The notes under the pieces were generated by a model. It was not told the DNA's origin and did not search any database. It worked only from the letters and a program-made list of their open reading frames with translations. The position numbers and the translations under genes were made by a program. A stretch of DNA of 64,000 nucleotides from an uncultured Actinomycetes bacterium (GTDB taxonomy: Bacteria > Actinomycetota > Thermoleophilia > Gaiellales > JAICJC01), in contig CAVSYD010000005.1 in the NCBI GenBank assembly GCA_963732075.1, positions 46,483 to 110,482 of the forward strand, read 5' to 3'. Positions 15,914 through 24,224 of the stretch are shown here, in pieces; the stretch's first letter is position 1, and every line of letters starts with the position of its first letter.

Positions 15914-18900
15914 CGCGTAGGAGTTGTCCGCGTGGGCGCAGTGGTTGGTCTGTCGACCGAGCGCCCAGCGCCAGACCCAGCGGACCCGAGCGCGGTAAGC
16001 CAGTTCGCCTTATTGGTCGAGTCCGGATCGTACAGCGCGGCCTGCGTGAAGAAGTTCAGTAGGTAGGCTTGGTCGCGCGTATCCGAAGGGTTCGTATTAT
16101 TGCAAGCACCGTGCCATGTGTTATAGAAACCCACACCGGTAGATGCCCACGGGCGAAGGTCGGACCATTGCGTAATAGCTTGGCTGTTTAGAACGGTATT
16201 CGTTAGTCCTCCCATGTGGCCTCCACCCGATAACAGCGGAGCGGAGCAACCAAGAAAGCCTGATGCTATCTGAGGGTCTCGGATCCAGTAATTGCCAATT
16301 GCATTGGCCTGGAGAAGCCACGCATTGATACCAGAGCGATAGTATGCCGCACGAAGCGCAAAATCCGTTCCATAGAATTGCGGCCCAAACGCCGAGCACG
16401 CTCCAATGTCGTTTTTGTAAGAGAATGCTTGGCCGGTTTGCGCTTGCAGTCCCGACCCAAACGGCCCGCTGATATCGAAGATTGCAATCGCGAAGGCCAG
16501 GGTATTCGACTCGCAACCTTGCGCGTCTTGCAGGAATCGGTATGTTCCTGCGAGGCCCATTCCATAGATGGGTGCCGCCGCATCCGTGAAGTCCGTAGCC
16601 AGATATTGCGTCCCCGTGATTTTGTAGGACAGGCCGGAGGCGTCGTCCGCATCGGAAGGAAAGGGATGGTCCACCGTTAGGCTCGTGGTCGAGTTCACCG
16701 CGGTGATGAGCCTCCAAAAGGTGAACGTATTCACTACCGGGGTTCCACTTAAGGCTCCAAAGCTGGTGGAATCAACGGGGATTGAGAACTTATTGGCCGC
16801 AGTCACGGTAACGGTAAAGGTTCCGTTTATAGCGGTCCAAGAGCCTGTGCCTCCCGAGATTTTAATTACGTCTCCGCTAATGTAGCTATGATTTGTTACC
16901 GTCGTCAAGACTGCGGGATTGGCGTTTGTGGCAGAAGAGATTGTAAGACCGTTAGCGGTGGTCGTGCCGGAAACAACAATCATGCTGCCGATCGTACCGG
17001 TGCCGTTCTGGTTGTACTTTATGGTTCCCGCGTTGGCGGTTGGGTCTAGCGTCCAATTCGTTCCAGAGCCCGTTATTGTGGTCGATGAATGCGTTACTGA
17101 AACAGTTCCAGTGGTGTAAATGACCGGGCCGGGAGGGCCTGGAGCCCCGGCGGGGCAAACCGGGCGCACCAGATCGGTAGCGAATAGCGTGCCGGTTCCC
17201 TTGACGGCCATGTCCGCCACAACCGTGCCCGTGCTCCAGGAATTGGCCTGCCCCGTTACTGCCGTTGCGACAGGAGGCGTGGGCGAGAGGCCGCGCCCGT
17301 CATAGCCAATCGTCAGGGTCGCGTCCCCCGTGGTCGCCGTAGTCCCTGTAATGCGGATTATCTCGCCGCCATAGCCGCCGATGACGGCCCAGCACGGCAA
17401 AGTGGTCAGACAGGTTAGATTCTGCGATGTGTGAATTGCGATGCTGGTCGTGGTTGCGTTGATGCCGCCATTCAGTGTCGCTCCCGCCGGTGATCCCGTC
17501 GTACCAAATCCGCGGCCAAACATGTTGTAGTCAATTGACCCAGACGCGCGTGTGTTCCATGCTGCCGCCTCCGCTGGATAGGGGTTATTGTCGTCCTGCA
17601 AGATGGCCGCTTCTATATTGCGCTCGTCTTCGTAGCACCAGGGATTGTACCCGAGGGCAATCATGGGCCCATAGATTTGCGTGGTGTTTGGATCGGTCTG
17701 GATGACCACGCCGTTAGCGTCAATCCCAATCGCACCGATGGTAAGGTCCGCGCAGTTCTCCCCGTTCATGTCAGTCAGGCAAAGACGCGCCGTGTATTCT
17801 CCGGCAATCACCCCGGTTACTGTTGTCGTGGCGCTGGTGGAACTCGTTATGGTAGGACTATTCGGACCTGCGATGATAGACCATTTGTAGGTAAGCCCGC
17901 CTGTCCCGGTGCTAGAGGTGCCCACAAGCTGATTCACGTGGTTCCCGCTCGTGTCCCAAGGCGTGCCGATCTGCGGATTGTTGACCACCCAGCATGGCGC
18001 GGTGGTAGTGGTGCGCAGGACAGGCGTAGCGGTAGCGGTGAGAGGCTTGAACGCGAACCCTTCCGCCCCGTATCCTTCCGAGTTCATCGCGCACTGCACC
18101 TGAGCCGTGGTGCTCGCTGCAATTTGATCCACGACCATCAAGAAGGGCCTGATGGTGTCTTGAAAACGAAGATTCCACCCCGCCGCCGGAATAGTAGGAG
18201 CGCCGCCGCAGAATCCTAAGTTGAGGTCGCCCACTACCGTCGTGTATGGACCGGATATCATGTCGCCTAAGCCATCCGGGCCGCCGAAGCCTGCGGAATT
18301 AGAGAAGCCAGGTTCCTGCACCCCGATGCCGCTATAGGCCACGCCCAAAATAAACTGATTCTTGATGCCGGGAAGCGGCGCTCCCGCTTGCGTTGGTATG
18401 GTAAACGAAATTGTATCTGGACTCGCCGTGGTTGGGACTTCCGCGGTAAAGATTGCTCCTGGGGTATTCGAGAAGTCCCCGAGCGGCCCGGAGACATTGG
18501 CATACATTTGCTTCCACTTAAGCCCCAGCGTGTCAGAAATAATGTATTTTGGGAGAACGCTGATGGGCCAGAGGTTTACAAACGTGTTTATCAGGTGGCT
18601 CGCAGCGGGGCCACACGAGATGGGAGCGGTGCCTCCGATGAAAGGCATGTTAGGGGTGGCATTGGGATAGTTCCCAGCCGCAAAACAAGTGCCCGGCAGC
18701 CCTCGCTGATCCACGGTGAAGTGCTGCGTACCGGGTGCGGTTCCGGTTATCGCAGTTACGCGTAGTTTCTCCGTGCCTGTATTTCCTACGTTGAAATCGG
18801 AAAGGTACACGTAGAACGGAACCGGCGGCCAATCGCAATGCACTCCTAGGCCACAGGGTATTGTGTCAACGTCGAACCCGGTAGCCCCGGAGGTGATGTT

Positions 18901-19434
18901 GGCATGCAGACCACCCTGAGTTAGCTGCGGGCCGGTAGTCACTACTTCAATGAAGGCACGCCCTTTCACGAAGCTCGGGAAGGTTACCTGCCCGGTGTTT
19001 TGGAAAACCCATGCCCCCTGAGCACCCTGCTCGCAAAATATATTACCAGCCACAAGAGAATGGGAACAGTTAGTGGTCGTGTGCGCGATGGTGATGTTGA
19101 TGATCGGAGACGATCCCATATTGCCCATCGAATCCATTGAGGTCACCTGGAACGTATGAGCCCCCACGCCCAGCGAACTTGCGTAAAGCGTGCCTTGCCA
19201 GACTTGGTTGGACAGCGTGCAGAATCCCGTCATGATGCAGGAGCTTCCATCGAAGAGCACGTCCGTGGACACGATGGAACCAGTGGTAGTGGTGGCCGTG
19301 CCTGTCATCTGATACAGGTTGTATATTGTGTCGCTCGGCTGCGGGTTGGCTATCGTGACGGTAACCGCCGCGCTCGCAGTAGATGATAGAATGATGGCCA
19401 TGAAAACCATCAAGAGAGTCTGGCGCAATTTCAT
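15904..19434 (-). CDS. 1176-aa secreted multidomain protein (Ig-like N-terminus, PKD-like segment, small beta-barrel module, helical C-terminal region)
   Basis: Signal peptide MKLRQTLLMVFMAIILSSTASA. PKD-like segment GGLTYKWSIIAGPN...YTARLCLTDMNGE. Module ATNANPAVLTT...ISGGTGSWTAINGTFTV is shared with the 200-aa protein. Confidence 0.7.
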   Translation of the reverse strand: MKLRQTLLMVFMAIILSSTASAAVTVTIANPQPSDTIYNLYQMTGTATTTTGSIVSTDVLFDGSSCIMTGFCTLSNQVWQGTLYASSLGVGAHTFQVTSMDSMGNMGSSPIINITIAHTTTNCSHSLVAGNIFCEQGAQGAWVFQNTGQVTFPSFVKGRAFIEVVTTGPQLTQGGLHANITSGATGFDVDTIPCGLGVHCDWPPVPFYVYLSDFNVGNTGTEKLRVTAITGTAPGTQHFTVDQRGLPGTCFAAGNYPNATPNMPFIGGTAPISCGPAASHLINTFVNLWPISVLPKYIISDTLGLKWKQMYANVSGPLGDFSNTPGAIFTAEVPTTASPDTISFTIPTQAGAPLPGIKNQFILGVAYSGIGVQEPGFSNSAGFGGPDGLGDMISGPYTTVVGDLNLGFCGGAPTIPAAGWNLRFQDTIRPFLMVVDQIAASTTAQVQCAMNSEGYGAEGFAFKPLTATATPVLRTTTTAPCWVVNNPQIGTPWDTSGNHVNQLVGTSSTGTGGLTYKWSIIAGPNSPTITSSTSATTTVTGVIAGEYTARLCLTDMNGENCADLTIGAIGIDANGVVIQTDPNTTQIYGPMIALGYNPWCYEDERNIEAAILQDDNNPYPAEAAAWNTRASGSIDYNMFGRGFGTTGSPAGATLNGGINATTTSIAIHTSQNLTCLTTLPCWAVIGGYGGEIIRITGTTATTGDATLTIGYDGRGLSPTPPVATAVTGQANSWSTGTVVADMAVKGTGTLFATDLVRPVCPAGAPGPPGPVIYTTGTVSVTHSSTTITGSGTNWTLDPTANAGTIKYNQNGTGTIGSMIVVSGTTTANGLTISSATNANPAVLTTVTNHSYISGDVIKISGGTGSWTAINGTFTVTVTAANKFSIPVDSTSFGALSGTPVVNTFTFWRLITAVNSTTSLTVDHPFPSDADDASGLSYKITGTQYLATDFTDAAAPIYGMGLAGTYRFLQDAQGCESNTLAFAIAIFDISGPFGSGLQAQTGQAFSYKNDIGACSAFGPQFYGTDFALRAAYYRSGINAWLLQANAIGNYWIRDPQIASGFLGCSAPLLSGGGHMGGLTNTVLNSQAITQWSDLRPWASTGVGFYNTWHGACNNTNPSDTRDQAYLLNFFTQAALYDPDSTNKANWLTALGSAGSGAGRSVDRPTTAPTRTTPTRWG

Positions 19435-19477
19435 GAATCTTCTTTCCTCTGTCGATCAGGGCGGGGACGTGAACGAG

Positions 19478-20239
19478 CTATAGCCCCTTTAGCGCTAGGT
19501 TCCAGCCCACAATACCGGACCATCCGGACCCTCCATTGCTGACCGACCATTGAGGATTTGTGGCACCCGCGGCCGTGATGATCTTATAGCCTATCGCTCC
19601 ATCCATCGTGGCCGCTGCACAAGTACTTATCGCCAAGGTATAGCTTGAATTTATGGCATTGGTTCCGTCTGCTGCGCAATAAGCAGCTATTCCGGAAACA
19701 ACAATATCATTGGCAAACCCGGTGGTGATGCTGCCAGGCTGAAAGGTTAAAATTCCAGCCCCGGAAGATGTCACCGAACTTATGATGCTTCCGTCCAGCG
19801 CTCCACTACCGCTGACCGTAATACCAGCAATCCAGCAGGCTGCCATGCAATTACTAAAAGAGACTGTTACGGTGGCTCCTGCTGCTGGCGTCAATGTATA
19901 ACAAAGCTGACCTGAAGAAACGGATCCTGCGCCTCCGCTTGCAATCCCGACACAAGTAAATGAGTTGCTTGGCGTGCTGGTGATAGCAAGGGGGTCGCTG
20001 GTATCACAGTGTTGAGAGAAACATCCGGATACCACTATCAAAGCGGTGGACCCGGTGTTGGTAATGGCCGCCGTGGTTCCCGTGGCCGCTCCTGTGGTTT
20101 GCTGGGCATCGATGAAGGTCGGTGGGGTAGGCGTGGTGCTGCATGATGCCCCATTTCCGCACCCGCCTCCGCCGAGTCCCGGCATGAACTGCGCGTGGAG
20201 CGCTAAGCTGACGAGAAATAAACCAATGAGTGTTTTCAT
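19478..20239 (-). CDS. secreted Cys-containing beta-rich protein (253 aa), paralog-like to 7829..8617
   Basis: ATG at 20239 overlaps the upstream stop as ATGA. Signal peptide MKTLIGLFLVSLALHAQ. Confidence 0.6.
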   Translation of the reverse strand: MKTLIGLFLVSLALHAQFMPGLGGGGCGNGASCSTTPTPPTFIDAQQTTGAATGTTAAITNTGSTALIVVSGCFSQHCDTSDPLAITSTPSNSFTCVGIASGGAGSVSSGQLCYTLTPAAGATVTVSFSNCMAACWIAGITVSGSGALDGSIISSVTSSGAGILTFQPGSITTGFANDIVVSGIAAYCAADGTNAINSSYTLAISTCAAATMDGAIGYKIITAAGATNPQWSVSNGGSGWSGIVGWNLALKGL

Positions 20240-20796
20240 CTTAAAATCTGAGCGTTCAGCGTTACAGCCCCAGGAGTGATAGAGGAGGTTGTATTGTTGC
20301 AAACTGAAACGTTGATCGTGTCAGCAGTGGGGTAGACCTTGAGTGTCAGCATTCCGCCTGTGGCGGGGCTGTACCCCGTCACTGCGTCCGTATTGGCATT
20401 GAACGAAGTGTTGATGGTGTCCGTTGTCAGCGTGCCGGTAGCGCTCAGCGTTTCTACGCGGCAGGTGGCGCTTGTTAGAATGCTCGTCGACAGGGCCTTG
20501 GTGCCGGTAAAGAAACCGCCCCGCATCACGATAACGTTGACCGTGACGGCCCCTGGAGTGATAGACAATCCCGTGTTATTGCAAACCGAGAAGTTTACAG
20601 TGTCTGCCGTGGGATACGCTTTGACTACAAGGATTCCCCCGGTAGTGGGGGCATACCCGGTAACCGCATCGGTATTCGCGTTGAAATTAGCGAGAATGTT
20701 ATCTGTGGTGAGAGTGCCTGTCGCGGCCAGAGTTTCAACCCGGCATGTCGCTGAGGAAAGAGCGGAGGTGGAAAGCGCCTTGGTGCCGCCGAATAT
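20236..20796 (-). repeat. two tandem copies of a ~92-aa C-terminal module; a third copy ends the 1022-aa gene at about 8617..8880
   Basis: GTKALSTS..SATCRVETL.ATGTLTTD......FNANTDAVTGY.P.TGG.L..K.YPTADT.N.SVCNNT...ITPGAVT.N. The 1022-aa gene ends ...TGTLSTDVILFTTNASIKAVTGYVPASTGGFSINAYPTADTVNFEGCNWTSGTVDPGSITLNWKVIR. Confidence 0.8.
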
Positions 20797-22089
20797 CTTG
20801 GTTGGAAGCCCCCCGCCGCCACCGCTAGCGCACGCCGACCCCACCGACGTACATAATGTTCCGCCGGTGCCGGAGAGCGCTGTAACAGCCGTGCCAGCTA
20901 TCTTGAAGCTATTCCCAGTGCCAGCCGTGTCGTAGGTTTTGTTGGTCAGGGTGTCAGTGGTGGCCTTGGCGATTAACGTGTCCGTGGCTGCCGGAATGGT
21001 GATGGTTCCAGATGCGGCGGCTGTCGCCTGAACTACAGTTCCCCCGCTTGCGGAACCTGGAAAGCCAGCCCCAGGAGGACAATCAAAGCACCACATTGGC
21101 GCTAAGGCTTGAAGCGTTGAGGATGAGGAAGCATAGAAAGATTGAAAATTGGTCTTCCCTGCTGGCGTTGGGAATATAGTGAAGTCTCCAAGGCCACTCA
21201 TGCCCGCGCATGTGAAGGTGCGACCTGGCGTACCGTCATTGGTTAACTTGATTGTGAGAAGCTGTCCAGTCACGAACCCCGATATGGTCCCGCACGTAAT
21301 GTTCGCCCCAAGCGTGGCAGTGATGGTCAGAACCGTGCCAGAGCCACCAGAGATGGGTGGCGCGGTGGTTATGGTGCCGAGAGGCGTAAGTGCGGCTCCA
21401 CCTCCGCTACTGCATGGAGCGCTGGAGGCATCCACGTGAACACAATCCCCTGATGATCCAGTAACTACCGCTGGAGTGCCTGAAGTGGCTTTGATTACGC
21501 CCGTTAATGATCCCAATCCACCGCATGTCCCGCTCGTCCCATTCACCTTAACGCAATCCGTGGGCGAACCCGTCACCGCGGACGGAACCCCCGCGGTCGC
21601 ATAAATCACTCCGGTCAACAGCCCAAGCCCAGCGCACGGAGCCCATACGACAGTGCTGCCAGTATACTGAATGCAATATTGAGCCATCGCCCCAGAAGTG
21701 TCTAACTGCGACAACTGAATGATCGCCGGATTTGGACCAGCCGCACAAGAGAATCCGCATGGATTTGGAGTTGTCGGGATGGTCCATGTCATCGAATAGG
21801 CCGGCGCTCCGGTCAAATGAAAGTTCGCCGTATAGAAAGATGGCTGTGGCGTCGCGGTCGTATTCGCGTATAGTTGGACCGAGAAGGTGCCCGTGGAGGG
21901 GTCTAGGTTCACTGTCGTAGGGGCATTGCTGACAACGTGCCCGCCCGGTGCTGTGAATGGGCGATTGGGCGTCACCACGATGTAGCCGGTGGCGTGGACT
22001 CCTGCCGAAATCTCAACCGTCCACGAAACGGTGTTGAGCTGCGCAAATGCAGCCCCCGTTAATCCGACCAGTAAGGCTAATAGTTTCAT
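20236..22089 (-). CDS. 617-aa secreted tail-fibre-like protein with a duplicated C-terminal module
   Basis: ATG at 22089 overlaps the upstream stop as ATGA. Signal peptide MKLLALLVGLTGAAFAQ. Fibre-like repeats LTGVIYATAGVPSAVTGSPTDCV and LTGVIKATSGTPAVVTGSSGDCV. Confidence 0.7.
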   Translation of the reverse strand: MKLLALLVGLTGAAFAQLNTVSWTVEISAGVHATGYIVVTPNRPFTAPGGHVVSNAPTTVNLDPSTGTFSVQLYANTTATPQPSFYTANFHLTGAPAYSMTWTIPTTPNPCGFSCAAGPNPAIIQLSQLDTSGAMAQYCIQYTGSTVVWAPCAGLGLLTGVIYATAGVPSAVTGSPTDCVKVNGTSGTCGGLGSLTGVIKATSGTPAVVTGSSGDCVHVDASSAPCSSGGGAALTPLGTITTAPPISGGSGTVLTITATLGANITCGTISGFVTGQLLTIKLTNDGTPGRTFTCAGMSGLGDFTIFPTPAGKTNFQSFYASSSSTLQALAPMWCFDCPPGAGFPGSASGGTVVQATAAASGTITIPAATDTLIAKATTDTLTNKTYDTAGTGNSFKIAGTAVTALSGTGGTLCTSVGSACASGGGGGLPTKIFGGTKALSTSALSSATCRVETLAATGTLTTDNILANFNANTDAVTGYAPTTGGILVVKAYPTADTVNFSVCNNTGLSITPGAVTVNVIVMRGGFFTGTKALSTSILTSATCRVETLSATGTLTTDTINTSFNANTDAVTGYSPATGGMLTLKVYPTADTINVSVCNNTTSSITPGAVTLNAQILR

Positions 22090-22688
22090 TGATAGCTCGA
22101 CGGCGCCGCGCACGGGAATTTCATAGACGTTTGGCCGCCCACGAGATTAGACAGCGTCCCCGACGATGGCACAGGCACGGTCCACGCAATGATGGTAGGG
22201 TTTCCGCCGGCATCCGATACGATCGGGCTCACAGACCATACCGAAGCGGTGGCCTTTGGCGCGCGCGTAGACATTACGATGCTTTGCGCACCCCATGCAC
22301 CGAACCCGCTGGTGTCCACATTGATGGAGAGCGCGTTCGCCGACGTCGGCGTTACAAGATGGAAGCCGTTGAGTGTCGCCCATCCGCCCGTCGCCCCTGA
22401 GATGAAGACGAGAGCCACCTGCGTTACCCCGGTCGCAAAATATAACCCGTGCGCAGTCGCCGTCATGATGCCTGGGTTGGCGTTGCTGACCGTGGTAACA
22501 GCAATAGTAGACGTGCTCTGTGACGACAACGCCTTGCACGTGTAATCCGCTACGCCCGCCGTGTAGTGGATAATCGTCGTCACCGCGTCTTGTGGAGGGA
22601 GCGAAGAGATGATGACGTTCGATTGCGCCCACGCGAGGGCCGGAGTCAGCAGTAACAGTAGTCGCATTCTCGTAAGTCGCATGAGCAT
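22086..22688 (-). CDS. 200-aa secreted protein with a small beta-barrel module
   Basis: Signal peptide MRLLLLLTPALAWAQ. Module VSNANPGIMTATAHGL...ISGATGGWATLNGFHLVT..SANALSINVDTSGFGAWG. Confidence 0.6.
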   Translation of the reverse strand: MLMRLTRMRLLLLLTPALAWAQSNVIISSLPPQDAVTTIIHYTAGVADYTCKALSSQSTSTIAVTTVSNANPGIMTATAHGLYFATGVTQVALVFISGATGGWATLNGFHLVTPTSANALSINVDTSGFGAWGAQSIVMSTRAPKATASVWSVSPIVSDAGGNPTIIAWTVPVPSSGTLSNLVGGQTSMKFPCAAPSSYQ

Positions 22689-22691
22689 AGT

Positions 22692-23561
22692 TTACCTTTC
22701 AGGTGGACCGAGCGGAGGAGGGCCATCGGATGACGTCGCTCCCATCTTCTTCTTTATCAGGTCGTTCAATTCCTGGACCCTCGTGCCGTGAAACTGATCA
22801 TTGATGCGGCTGTTCTTGGCGTACGATGTCCCGAGCTCCGCATCCGCCTTCTTTACGAAATCCATGTAGGACTGCCCCGGCTTCACTTCGGAGATGTTGT
22901 TCTTCACCGCATAGCTTGCGAGCGCCTCATCTTTTGCGGTAGCCGCGGCCCTGCGCTTATCGATGATGGCTTGCTCTAGTTCGGAGAGGTTGGCATTGCC
23001 TGTGGGCTTGGGGGTTGTATCTGCCGTATCCGTGTACATAAGTGGTTTGCCGTCCTCCTGAAGCATAACTGGACGTCCGTTGGCTTGGGGGAATTCCGGC
23101 GGGGGCGGACCCGGTGGCGTTGCGGCCCGCTTGTCCACGGTTGCCTTTGCTCTGTTCAGTGCTTGGGTAGCGGGATTGGGTTGTTCCCCCGGTACGGGGA
23201 CCGTGCGCCCAGATGGAAGCACACGCGATGGTGGCTGGATCGGCGTGAGGTCGGGGATATGATTCCCATAAGCCTGCCCCTGCGTCGGGGTGCGCGGCGT
23301 CGGCGTGGCTTGCACGGGGGGCTTGAGTGGCCCCGGAGTGCGGCCGGACGGAAGCGTGCCGGGTATAGGGCTCAGGTCCGGAATCTGATTCTGATAAGCA
23401 CTCCCCTGAATGACCGGTGCCCGAGGCGTAGTCGGTGCCTTCGGTGGTATCGCTACCGGTCCCGGCTTACGTCCCGTTATCGTTTCCGTTGCTGGTATCG
23501 GACTTAGGTCCGGGATTGGCTGCGGATCTACTGGGGGCACGTCTATACCACCCTTTGGCAT
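22692..23561 (-). CDS. Pro-rich repeat protein with a helical C-terminal domain; 5' end uncertain
   Basis: ATG at 23561 (MPKGGIDVPP...). An alternative GTG at 23609 lies at the compositional junction. Three IPDL(S/T)PI-containing repeats. Confidence 0.5.
   Translation of the reverse strand: MPKGGIDVPPVDPQPIPDLSPIPATETITGRKPGPVAIPPKAPTTPRAPVIQGSAYQNQIPDLSPIPGTLPSGRTPGPLKPPVQATPTPRTPTQGQAYGNHIPDLTPIQPPSRVLPSGRTVPVPGEQPNPATQALNRAKATVDKRAATPPGPPPPEFPQANGRPVMLQEDGKPLMYTDTADTTPKPTGNANLSELEQAIIDKRRAAATAKDEALASYAVKNNISEVKPGQSYMDFVKKADAELGTSYAKNSRINDQFHGTRVQELNDLIKKKMGATSSDGPPPLGPPER
23163..23516 (-). repeat. three tandem Pro-rich repeats of about 32-44 aa
   Basis: IPDLSPIPATETITGRKPGP..., IPDLSPIPGTLPSGRTPGP..., IPDLTPIQPPSRVLPSGRTVPVP... 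Confidence 0.75.
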
Positions 23562-23599
23562 CTGGCTATAGCGATAATCCGCGAGGCCTTGCTTGCCGC

Positions 23600-23620
23600 C
23601 CTGAACCACTTTCCCGGCAG
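23600..23620. other. approximate compositional / taxonomic breakpoint between segment A and segment B
   Basis: GC and codon style change within about 100 bp. A STAS-like reading frame loses its expected stop here and reads into unrelated sequence. Confidence 0.6.
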
Positions 23621-23923
23621 CGTCGCAACGGCCTCGTGGAAGGTGTCGGCGCTGAGGATCCGTCCGTGCCTGCCCATCCGCAGGTCTATGGACACCCGGT
23701 ATGTGTGGCACAGCTCGGCCGCCTCGAACAGGACATGGGTGCCGTCGGGATCGAGCCAATCGAGCTCCGAGCAGTCGATCTCGATCCGCTTCACTTCGGC
23801 ATCCGCCAATGCCGCGACCACGGCCAGAAGCACGCCGATCGAAATTGGCCAGCCCGACTCCCCTCCAGCCGAAGCCGCACACACCCGGCCTCGACCGGCG
23901 AGGCGGTGATCTTGAGCGACCAA
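23612..23923 (-). pseudogene. STAS-domain (anti-sigma-factor antagonist-like) gene fragment, 3' end cut at the junction
   Basis: VKRIEIDCSELDWLDPDGTHVLFEAAELCHTYRVSIDLRMGRHGRILSADTFHEAVATL resembles the C-terminal two-thirds of SpoIIAA/RsbV-type STAS. The frame then continues 25 codons into segment A. Confidence 0.35.
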
Positions 23924-24023
23924 TCCGACACCGCCCGCACCTTCCGTGCTCGACCGACCACCGACTACAGCCGCGCGTAGCGTAGCTCCGGTTTATCGCG
24001 CCCGGATGGGAGGACTGCCGGGC

Positions 24024-24224
24024 CTACGTGGAGAGACTGACGCGCCTGCGCAGCTGCGCGATGAGCTCGAGTTCGAGGTCGTGGTCGCCGCCCGCCTCGT
24101 CGGCGGCAATCTCTTCGATCATGAGCGGGAGTGAGGCGATACAGATGCTCTCGCCCTGTTGCCTGAGGATGACCTCGAACCGGCGTACGGCGCGAGACGT
24201 CGCGGAGCCGGGCTCGCCGGTCAC
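24024..24224 (-). CDS. hypothetical protein (66 aa)
   Basis: GTG start overlaps the MarR-frame stop as GTGA. Natural-looking composition (RRFEVILRQQGESICIASLPLMIEEIAADEAGG...). Confidence 0.4.
   Translation of the reverse strand: MTGEPGSATSRAVRRFEVILRQQGESICIASLPLMIEEIAADEAGGDHDLELELIAQLRRRVSLST

Noticed and set aside
20236-20796. Could the duplicated fibre C-terminal module be a diversity-generating retroelement (DGR) template/variable repeat pair?
   Set aside because: Both copies are inside the coding sequence. Their differences involve all four bases rather than adenine-specific substitutions. No reverse transcriptase gene is present in the window.
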